Below, piece after piece: positions 1 through 8,500 of a stretch of DNA of 64,000 bases. The number at the start of each line of letters is the position of its first letter. Positions within the stretch are counted from its first letter, which is position 1. This DNA is from Abditibacterium sp. (GTDB lineage: Bacteria > Armatimonadota > Abditibacteriia > Abditibacteriales > Abditibacteriaceae). The stretch spans positions 2,304,001 to 2,368,000 of the forward strand of contig OZ251992.1 in NCBI GenBank assembly GCA_965246885.1, in the 5' to 3' direction. A program made the position numbers and the translations under genes. Under the pieces are notes generated by a model. The model did not search any database, was not told the DNA's origin, and saw nothing but the letters and a program-made list of their open reading frames with translations.

Positions 1-2
1 GG

Positions 3-599
3 CGGCCCGACTGCGTGTTGATGGACGTGCAACTGGCGGGCGCGTGGAACGGTATCGAAGCCGCCGTCGCCCTGCGCCGCGAGTTCCCCCGCTTGCCGGT
101 CGTGTTTTATTCCATTCAAGACGACGACGCGCCCTACCGCGCTTTCCGCAAGTCCGGCATCCTGTCGCACTACGCCTACGTGCGCAAGTCCAACTACTTG
201 CTGCCCGAACTTATCGTGCCGCTTCTGCGCGATGCCGTCGCGGGCCGCTCGTTCATTGACCCCGACATCGAGGCCCGCGTCCACGAAGTCGCGCGCCGCG
301 ACGACGACTCGCCGATGTCGTGGCTCGAACCCAACGAGCGCGAAGTTGCCCGCCTCCTTGCGCGCGGCCATACCAACGAACAAATCGCCGCTCAGATGGG
401 CTTCAAAGATAAGCGCACCATCGCCCGCGTCAACGGCCAAATCTACGCTTCTTGGGGGTTGAACGATTCCCATACCGACGAAAAAGTCGCCCGCCTGCGC
501 GCTGCCCTCATCTTCCGCGCCGGAAGATTGCTCGAATGGGACGCCGATGGCATCCCCCGCGCCCAAAACGACGACGGAAAGTGGGTCGAGTGGGAGTGA
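3..599 (+). CDS. NarL/FixJ-family response regulator (5' truncated by window edge)
   Basis: Frame is open from base 3 (RPDCVLMDVQL, receiver Asp motif); C-terminal LuxR-like HTH (LEPNEREVARLLARGHTNEQIAAQMG); lies upstream of a histidine kinase. Confidence 0.85.
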   Translation, partial: RPDCVLMDVQLAGAWNGIEAAVALRREFPRLPVVFYSIQDDDAPYRAFRKSGILSHYAYVRKSNYLLPELIVPLLRDAVAGRSFIDPDIEARVHEVARRDDDSPMSWLEPNEREVARLLARGHTNEQIAAQMGFKDKRTIARVNGQIYASWGLNDSHTDEKVARLRAALIFRAGRLLEWDADGIPRAQNDDGKWVEWE

Positions 600-608
600 C
601 GGTTCTTG

Positions 609-716
609 CTTTAGCCACAGATGGACACGGAGAACACAGATGACCTTGGATAGGAATCCAAGATTTACTCATCCGGTGGTTTTATCCGTGTTTTCCGTGT
701 CCATCTGTGGCTAAAG
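609..716. repeat. REP-like inverted repeat with 33-bp arms
   Basis: CTTTAGCCACAGATGGACACGGAGAACACAGAT (609-641) pairs with 684-716 with 2 mismatches; small internal hairpin CTTGGAT-AGGA-ATCCAAG in the loop. Confidence 0.9.
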
Positions 717-722
717 ATATAT

Positions 723-2819
723 ATGCTTCCTCATTTGTGGGCCGACACGCTGCGGCCTTGGGCACAGTATGCTGTCTCCATCTTCAATTTCCTGCTGCTT
801 TTGTGGCTGGGGTTGACGGTCTTCCTCAACGCGCGCGAGCGGTCGTGGGGCACCTACTTGGCGGGCACCGGCCTCTTAGTGGGCGCCGTATTTTTCGCGT
901 GCCACACGGTCGCGCTCGATTATTCCCTCGATACTCTCTTGGAAAAGTCCCCCGGATGGTGGGCGATTTTGTCGTGGCCCGTCGTGGCGCTCCCCTTGGG
1001 GTGGCTGCTGCTCATGGTTTGGCACTGCGGCGCCTTGCGGCCCGGTGCGGCCTTGAAACGCAAGATGACGCTGGCGCTGTGCGCTTGCATCTTCGGCGCC
1101 GGGGCGCTCGTGGGCCTTTCCTTATTAGGAGCGCCGCACGGGCGCTGGACGCCCTTTGGCCTCGATGAGCGCGGACACGAGCGCGCATTTTGGGCGATTC
1201 GCGCCTTGTTGCTGCTGTATCCCTTCTTTCTTGTCGTCTGCACCGGCGCGAGTTTGATCGCCGTCGCCGCGCCGGTCGAGACGACTTCATGGCGCCGACA
1301 GGAAGCTGTCCGTCGCGCGCGGCCCCTCTTGCTGGCTTCGTCGCTGTGCCAATTTCTGGTGTCGCTTGGCGTCGGGTGGGCGTTGGTTTCGATGGGGACG
1401 GGCGACATCGTATCCGGCGGCTACGCGCTGCTCAACTTGACGGGTCAAGTTGCGGGCTGGATAGATAACGCCGACCTCTCTCTGATCCTCGCCATAGGCG
1501 TTTCGGTCTTGCTTTTCGGCAAAGCCGTCGTCTCGTTCGAGATTTTCACTGAGAAAATCCTCCCCCGGCGCGGCGTTTTATCGCAGTGGCGCGCGGTTGT
1601 TTCCTTTGCCGCCATCTACGCCCTCATGATTGGCGGCGCGTGGGGCTTGGAGTGGAAGCCCATTTTCCCCCTCCTTTTGTCCAGCGCGTGCGTGAGCGTG
1701 TTCTTGGCCCTGTTCGCGTGGCGCGCTCTTGCGGAGCGTGACCGCGAACTCTCGCGGTTGCGCGCTTTCGTATCGAGCGGGCACTGGCTTGAAGGCTTGG
1801 TCGCGGGCCGCGAAGCCGAGTTGGAGCGCGCCGTCTCGTCGCCGCTCGAAACGCTGTGCGTCGCCCTGATTGGCGCTTCGCGCGCCGCGCTTATCCCCTC
1901 GCCCGCTCTCGCGCCCCTGTTTGGCAGGGCGCGCACCTTCCCGCCACTTCTGCCCTTCGACGCGGCTTGGAACACCCTTGAAACGCGCGGCGAAAACGTG
2001 CGCGCCCTCAACGGCGAAGGCGGCTGGATTTTGGCCGCCAAGCTCGGTGACAAGCGCGAAGTGGGCGTGCTACTGCTGGGCGAGCGACGCGACGGCGCAC
2101 TTTATACAGTTGAGGAAATCGAACTCGCACGGGCAACGGGTGCCTACCTATTGGACATCGGGGCCGCAGGCGCGCTTGCGGGGAGATTGCGCACGCTCCA
2201 AAACCAGAAGTTAGCGGAGATTGCCGCCCTCGACCGAAGCGCGAAGCGGCGCTTGCACGACGACATTCTGCCCCTGTTGCACGGCGCGCTTTTAAGTTGG
2301 AACACGCCCGATTCCGACGCGCGCGACCTCATTTCCCAAGCGCACCGCGATATTTCCGCCTTGCTCCGCGAGCTTCCCACCGGCCAAAGCGCGCCTCCCG
2401 ACGCCCTCCTTGCACTTCGCCGCGAACTGGACACGGAACTGGCGGGCTCTTTCGACACCGCTTCATTTCACGCCGACGACGACGCGCACCAAGCGGCGAT
2501 TTCCCTTGCTCCGTCGCTGTCGCAGACAGTCTTTTTCGCCGCGCGCGAAGCGCTTCGCAACAGTGCCCGCCACGCGCGGGGGAACGATTCGAGTCGCCCA
2601 TTGCACGTCGAAGTCCGCGCCCATACCCAGTTCAATCGCTTGGAAATCGAAGTCGCCGATGACGGCATCGGCTCGGCTTCCGCGCCAATCAAAGCCGACA
2701 CAAGCGGCGCCGGATTAGGATTGCACGCCGCCCTGTTAGCCATTGCGGGCGGAGAACTCGCCGTCGAACGCAGCGCAAGCGGCACCCTCGTCACCATCTC
2801 CGTGCCAACGACCATATGA
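723..2819 (+). CDS. Multi-pass membrane sensor histidine kinase (HisKA_3-like + HATPase)
   Basis: Many hydrophobic helices at the N-terminus; H-box RRLHDDILP; N-box EALRNSARHA; G1 DDGIG; G2 GAGLGL. Confidence 0.85.
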   Translation: MLPHLWADTLRPWAQYAVSIFNFLLLLWLGLTVFLNARERSWGTYLAGTGLLVGAVFFACHTVALDYSLDTLLEKSPGWWAILSWPVVALPLGWLLLMVWHCGALRPGAALKRKMTLALCACIFGAGALVGLSLLGAPHGRWTPFGLDERGHERAFWAIRALLLLYPFFLVVCTGASLIAVAAPVETTSWRRQEAVRRARPLLLASSLCQFLVSLGVGWALVSMGTGDIVSGGYALLNLTGQVAGWIDNADLSLILAIGVSVLLFGKAVVSFEIFTEKILPRRGVLSQWRAVVSFAAIYALMIGGAWGLEWKPIFPLLLSSACVSVFLALFAWRALAERDRELSRLRAFVSSGHWLEGLVAGREAELERAVSSPLETLCVALIGASRAALIPSPALAPLFGRARTFPPLLPFDAAWNTLETRGENVRALNGEGGWILAAKLGDKREVGVLLLGERRDGALYTVEEIELARATGAYLLDIGAAGALAGRLRTLQNQKLAEIAALDRSAKRRLHDDILPLLHGALLSWNTPDSDARDLISQAHRDISALLRELPTGQSAPPDALLALRRELDTELAGSFDTASFHADDDAHQAAISLAPSLSQTVFFAAREALRNSARHARGNDSSRPLHVEVRAHTQFNRLEIEVADDGIGSASAPIKADTSGAGLGLHAALLAIAGGELAVERSASGTLVTISVPTTI

Positions 2820-2846
2820 GACGGCGCACCTCTCACACTACTCCCC

Positions 2847-3233
2847 ATGATTGAACCCGACCTCCAGTTCTCCATTCTGTGCGACCAAGTGCGCCGCGAA
2901 GACAACGGCAAGTGGATTCTGCTCGGCTTGTTCGAGCAAATCGCCGTCGCGCACTTTCCGACTCAGCACGGCGCTTTGTGCATCCTTAATAAGTGGATTC
3001 GCGGCGAAGGCAATTGGACGCAGCAAACCCGCTTTGTGGACGAAAACGACCTCGTGCTTCTTTCCAGCGAGGACATCGCTTTCACCCTTCCCGAACTGGA
3101 TTCCAACTTCATGGCCATCCAAGCCTTCGCCGGGTTGCCGTTGGAGCGTGCCGGGAAGATTTGGGTCGAGGTCTTCCTCAACGCCGAACTCAAACAGCGC
3201 TACCCGCTCAGCGTCAGCCAATTGGGGCCGTAG
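2847..3233 (+). CDS. Small conserved hypothetical beta-rich protein (DUF6941-like)
   Basis: 128-aa ORF with typical codon usage; ILCDQVRREDNGKWILLGLF motif. Confidence 0.7.
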   Translation: MIEPDLQFSILCDQVRREDNGKWILLGLFEQIAVAHFPTQHGALCILNKWIRGEGNWTQQTRFVDENDLVLLSSEDIAFTLPELDSNFMAIQAFAGLPLERAGKIWVEVFLNAELKQRYPLSVSQLGP

Positions 3234-3250
3234 AACGACGCACGCCGCCG

Positions 3251-3397
3251 CATGATTACCTCCCCGCACGCCATGAATTCCTCCCCGCACGCCATGAATT
3301 CCTCCCCGCGTGGCGTAAATTCCTCCCCGCGTGGCGCGAGGGACGTCCGCCACTTAATAGCGGACGTCCGTCATCCCATGATTTCCGTCCGCGAACT
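3251..3397. repeat. 21-bp-period tandem array A (about 7 units)
   Basis: CATGAATTCCTCCCCGCACGC-type units from 3251, drifting into GGACGTCC-containing units; overlaps the M32 stop codon. Confidence 0.9.
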
Positions 3398-4895
3398 TCT
3401 CGCGCAGATACGTCAAGTAAGGCGCCAGTTCGAGCGGTCGCCCCGTTGCCGATACCACCAAGTCGCGCGGCAAAACGCCCGCGCCAAAGCGATGAACATG
3501 CGCCGTTAGCCACTCGCGGAGCGGCGCATACTCGCCGCGCCGAAACTGTCCGTCGAGGTCGGGTAACTGCGCGCGCGCGGCCTCGAACAGTTGCGCCGCG
3601 AGGATATTGCCGAGCGTATATCCCTGAAACGCGCCGCCAATTGTCCCCGAAAACCAGTGAACATCCTGCAAGCACCCGCGCGCATCGTCGGGCGGCGTCA
3701 ACCCCAAGTCCGACTGGTAGCGCGCGTTCCACGCTTCGGGCAAGTCGCGCACGGCTAACTTGCCTTCGAGCAGTTCCAACTCTAAGTCGAAGCGGATAAG
3801 GACGTGTAAGTTGTAGGTTAGCTCGTCGGATTCCGTCCGAATCAGGGACTTTTGCACGCGGTTAACCGCCGCGACGAACTCACGTTGCGACGTATCGCGC
3901 AGTCCGGGGAACTGGGCCTGCGCGCGCGGAAACCAGAAGTCCCAAAACGCATCGGAGCGCCCGACGAGGTTTTCCCACAAGCGCGACTGCGATTCGTGAA
4001 CGCCCGACGACGTGCCGTTATCGAGCGGCGTGCGCCCAAAGCGCGGCGCGATGTTTTGTTCATACAAAGCGTGTCCGGCTTCATGGAGCGCCGAGAAAAA
4101 CAGTTCTCCGAACTCGTCCTCGTCGCCGCGCACGGTGATTCGCACGTCGTCCGGCGCGAACTTGGTCATGAACGGGTGCGCGGAAAAGTCCATCCGCCCG
4201 CGCGAAAAGTCGTAGCCAACGGCGCGGATGGCCTCGCACGCAAAGTCGCGTTGCGCGTCGAGCGCGAAATGCCCCCGCAACGGCGCGACCGAGGCGTTCT
4301 CGCGCGCCGTCACTTCGCGCACGAGCGGCACGAGCGCTTCCCGAAGCGGCGCGAAAACGGCGCGAATCGAAGCGACGGACTCGCCCGGATCGCTCCCGTC
4401 AATCAGCGAATCGGCGATGTGCTCATGCGGAAAGAACCCGGCGTATTCGCGCGAATAATCGAGCGTGCGCTCCAATAATGGCGCGACGCGCGCGAAGTCG
4501 GAGTTCCCTTTCGCGTCTTCCCACGCGCTGTAAATCTGGGCGCAGTGCGCCGCAAAGCGCGCCTCGAACTCGGACGGCACGCGCGTGGCGCGCTCGTAAT
4601 CGCGCTTGGTCGTCGCCAACAAACGCACGGGGAAATCATCCCCGACTGCGTTCTGCTCGCCCGCGAATTCGGCGCACCCGTCCAATAATTCCCCCACGCG
4701 CGGCGCGACGAACTTCTCATGCGCGAGTTTGGAAAGCGTGCCCAACATCTGCCCGCGCCCCGCCGAAGCGCCACCCGGCAACAGCGTCGCTTGATCCCAG
4801 TGCGCAAGCGCGCCCGCCCCGCGCAAGTCAGCGACTTCGCCCAACCGCTCCAGTAATTCGCCCCAAGCAGGCGGCCCTTTGGCTTCGGTTTGCAT
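3354..4895 (-). CDS. Carboxypeptidase M32 (Taq-type)
   Basis: HEAGH zinc motif, HESQS, HPF, IRTESDE and GCLQDVHW motifs; start placed at ATG 4895 (MQTEAK). Confidence 0.95.
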   Translation of the reverse strand: MQTEAKGPPAWGELLERLGEVADLRGAGALAHWDQATLLPGGASAGRGQMLGTLSKLAHEKFVAPRVGELLDGCAEFAGEQNAVGDDFPVRLLATTKRDYERATRVPSEFEARFAAHCAQIYSAWEDAKGNSDFARVAPLLERTLDYSREYAGFFPHEHIADSLIDGSDPGESVASIRAVFAPLREALVPLVREVTARENASVAPLRGHFALDAQRDFACEAIRAVGYDFSRGRMDFSAHPFMTKFAPDDVRITVRGDEDEFGELFFSALHEAGHALYEQNIAPRFGRTPLDNGTSSGVHESQSRLWENLVGRSDAFWDFWFPRAQAQFPGLRDTSQREFVAAVNRVQKSLIRTESDELTYNLHVLIRFDLELELLEGKLAVRDLPEAWNARYQSDLGLTPPDDARGCLQDVHWFSGTIGGAFQGYTLGNILAAQLFEAARAQLPDLDGQFRRGEYAPLREWLTAHVHRFGAGVLPRDLVVSATGRPLELAPYLTYLREKFADGNHGMTDVRY

Positions 4896-4911
4896 GAAGA
4901 AGACAGTGTAA

Positions 4912-5142
4912 GACGCCGCCAACTTCCTGATTTCCGCCGCCAACTTCGTCCGTTACGCCGTCAACTTCCTCGTTTATGACAAAACATTGGTCGCGTATGA
5001 CAAAATGTTCCTCGGTTACGCCGTCAACTTCCTCATTTATGACAAAACGTTCCTCGTTTATGACAAATACTTCCTCCGTTACGCCGCCAACTTCCTAATT
5101 TACGCCGTCAACTTCCTGATTTACGACAACTTCGTTCCAGTT
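4912..5142. repeat. 21-bp-period tandem array B (11 units)
   Basis: Two interleaved unit types, TACGCCGTCAACTTCCTCATT and TATGACAAAACGTTCCTCGTT, in exact 21-bp phase. Confidence 0.95.
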
Positions 5143-5179
5143 TATTTTGATTTTTTCTTGGCGCCTGTCCAAACGTTCT

Positions 5180-5391
5180 GTCATTGCGAGTGGATAGAGG
5201 AAAAGTTGCGAACGCACCAAAACGCCGCGCGTTGTCATTCCGAGGGGAGCCTTGGCGATCATTGGCGACCAGAGGAATCTATTGGCAGTCGCCCATTTGT
5301 TACCGAACGAAAGGCGGAACAAGATTCCTCTGGTCGCCAAGGCTCCCCTTGGAATGACAGCTTGCAGCTTTCCACACCCTCTCAGGATGAC
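5180..5391. mobile_element. Nested REP/MITE-like palindromic element
   Basis: Inner arms TGTCATTCCGAGGGGAGC...GAGGAATCT (5233-5280) and AGATTCCTC...GGAATGACA (5322-5359); outer GTCATTGCGAG / CTCAGGATGAC; related copy at 14103-14306. Confidence 0.75.
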
Positions 5392-5503
5392 GAAAGGGGC
5401 AGCTTTTTTGGCGCGTTTGCGACTTCCTGCCCCCCTCAACTCCTCGTTGCGGACGCAGTTGCAATTTCCCCTCAAATTCCAGCCCAAACCGGAAAAACTG
5501 CCA

Positions 5504-5532
5504 TTGACAAAGCGCGCCCAATCGGAGACGCT
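5504..5532 (+). promoter_or_regulatory. Possible sigma70 promoter of the Rhs gene
   Basis: Perfect TTGACA at 5504-5509, 17-bp spacer, weak -10 GACGCT followed by ATAAC; about 30 bp before ATG 5561. Confidence 0.35.
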
Positions 5533-5560
5533 ATAACGGCGTTTCGTCGGGCGCCTTTTT

Positions 5561-8500
5561 ATGCGTTTTTCTTCCTTCTTTTGTCGCGTTTTGATGGTGG
5601 CGTTGCTCTTCGGCGCGCACGCGGCACACGCCCAAACCCCGTTCGCCGCGTCGGTGAAGACGCCCCCGACGACTCTGCCACCGCTTGATTTTTCTGGGGC
5701 TACATTCCAAAAACCCGTTACGGTTAAAGTTCCTGTTTCGCTGTCGCCATCGCAAGTGCTGAACATCACCGACTTCAACGTGACGCCCGCGAGTGCAACC
5801 ACTGCTCTGCAAAATTCGATGCAGGTGTATAACGCGGCGGGACAGGTCATCCAAAGCGGAGCCGGGCCGATTAAAGGCGGCGCCGATGCCAATAGCACAC
5901 CCTCTTATGCCACCTTCACTTCTACCACGCCTGCATCGTTGTCAATAAGCACGCGGACGGTAGCGCAAAGGGGTTCCGATAGCATGGTCTCATCGGATCC
6001 AACAAAGGTGGGGCTGATCACAGCCAACGCCTTTTCTCGTTCTGGGACGGTGACTACTCAAGGTACTGGCAATCTAAATCAGTGGGTCGACAACTACTAT
6101 TACTTCGGCGTAATTCGTCTACAAGCAGGAGAGATCTTTACCGTTAAATCGGGAAAAGTATGGGATCCGGGAAACCCTCCATTTATCAACTCATACCGTT
6201 TGTTCCACGTGGAGTTGATTAACACGAAGACGGGCGCCTATGGAGGAGGAACTGGCAACCCCGGCCAACACAACCCTTTAGACGAACGCAGCACTGTAGT
6301 TCCAGCGGATGGCGATTATCAGTTGAGGTTCACAATGACTTCCGGTGGCCCGATAACGTACGCCTATTCCTTCGACTTTGAAACTTCTTTCGCCACTCAA
6401 GCTCCCAATCGCGGAGCGGGTAAGAAAGAGCCAAATAACAAATCAACGGGGATGAATCCTGTATCGGGAGCGACCGAGGGCACATGTTCTGGTTGCGGGC
6501 CGAAAAGTGCTGACCCAGTAGATTTAGCATCTGGACAAGAGAATTACGACCAAAGCCCCGATTTGCCGGTTTACAACCCCAACGGGCCGGATGTGGCGTT
6601 TTCTCGGCATTATTCGACGGAGCGGGCGAAGGCGTTGGGGGCGTCGCCGGGGCTGCCGACCGGGTGGTATCACTCGTATGATGTGCGGTTGGAGTCGAGC
6701 GGCAACGGCGGGAGTTGGGCACCGATGGAGATGGTGTATCCCAATGGGGCGCACGAAACGCTCACGCCGTTGGCGGCTCCCGCCAATGCTGTGTCCGTTT
6801 CGTTCACGGTGCCCAAGGGTTCCAAATATGTGGTGACGGCCTCTCCCGGCCCAACGGCTTACAGTTACGGAACGGCGAGCGTGGTGTGGAGCGACGGCAC
6901 GACGTGGAACTTCCAGCCGCCCGCGCCCGGCTCGAACAAGGCGTTGCTGTCTTCCATCGTGGCGGCAACTTCGACGGCGGCGACGCCGCAGTTTTTGACG
7001 TTCAACTGGGTGGGCGACGACCGCGACGACTACCGATTGGTGGGCGTCAACAACGGGAGCGATTTGAAGCGGTTGCTGTCGCTCCAATATACCGGCAACC
7101 CGGCGGACGGATTTTTGCTGAACGAAATACGCGACTGTTACGGGCGTAGCATCTTTTATTCCAACGGGACACTTGCAGGCACGACAGGCACCGGTGCGAG
7201 CGCCATCACGACGCTCACGGGCGTTTCGATGTTCGCGCCGACGGGCGGCACGGCGAACCAGCACTTCGCTTTTGGCTACACCAACTTCAATGGCGCGCCG
7301 CTTTTGTCGGGCATTACGGTGCCGCATCCCAACGACCCCACTCTCAACACAACGGCGACGGCGACCATCAACTACGACTCGACAACCGGGCGCGTCCTCA
7401 GCGAAGTGGACGGCAACGGCAACACGACGAGCTTTACCTATGGCGCGACCTCGACTACTGTCAAGAAGTTTGGGACGAGCGGCGTTCAGGAAACGCAGTA
7501 CACCGCGCTCTTCGACGCGCAGGGCCGCTCGGTCGGCACAACGGACGCGGCGGGGAACAGCACGGCCATCGCGTATGGCGACACCAACAACCCCGACAAG
7601 CCCACTATTATCCGCGACGCGGCGGGGCGCGTAACAAGCATTACCTACGAGCCGAACGGTTACGGCTTGGTCAAGACCGTTAAAACACCGCGCGGCGTGA
7701 CGACGAACTACCTGTACGATTACAGCGTGTGGGGCTTTGGTTTGTTGGCGCAGACGTACCAAAGCACCGTGATTAACGGAGCGACGGTCAACCGCGCGCC
7801 GACGCAGTTCAGCTACAAACCGGGCTTCGAGCGCGCGGGGTTGGTGTCGCAGATTAGCAGCCCGCACCCCAATTTGGGCATTAGCAACTGGACGGGCGCT
7901 TCGATGGTGTTCACGACGATGCAATACAACGACTATGGCGACGTCACGATGGTAGTGGCGCCCGGTCATGGCTCGTATGCCAACTTGACTACGACGATTA
8001 GCTACACCTCCGACGGGACTTACACCCAAAGCGCCAAACGCGGGCAAGTGGTGAGCGCCACTGATCCTTCAAACCGCACGACGGCGGCGCGTTACGATGC
8101 GCGCGGCAACCGGATTTGGTCGCGCGACGGCTTTGGCGTGGTGACGCAGACAACCTTCGACCTCGCTGACAACGCGATGGGCGTGCAGTTCATGAACACC
8201 GGGCAAAGCGGGACGTATGCGTCGCAGGTGATGCTTCGCTATAACTATTTGGGTGGGATGGTGAAGACGACGGATGTGTTCGATGAGAGCGGCTCCAGCA
8301 CGCCCATCCGCAGCGTGAGCACGACCTTTGACGGTGAAGGGCGGGCGGTTTCGGTGAGTGGCTCGACGGAGCCGTTTTCGGTGAGTTTGAACTCTTTCGA
8401 TGCGCCCAAGAGTTCGACCGATGGCAACGGCAACACCACGACGTATTCGTATGATGCGCGCGGCTTGCCCACGATGGTGGTGAAACCTAACGGCAACACG

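Noticed and set aside
4912..5142. Arrays B and C as CRISPR arrays
   Set aside because: The total period is 21 bp, too short for repeat plus spacer; no constant repeat and no cas genes
4987..5898. ORFs 4987-5688 (+) and 5095-5898 (-)
   Set aside because: They run through the tandem array, the palindrome and the Rhs start; no protein-like features
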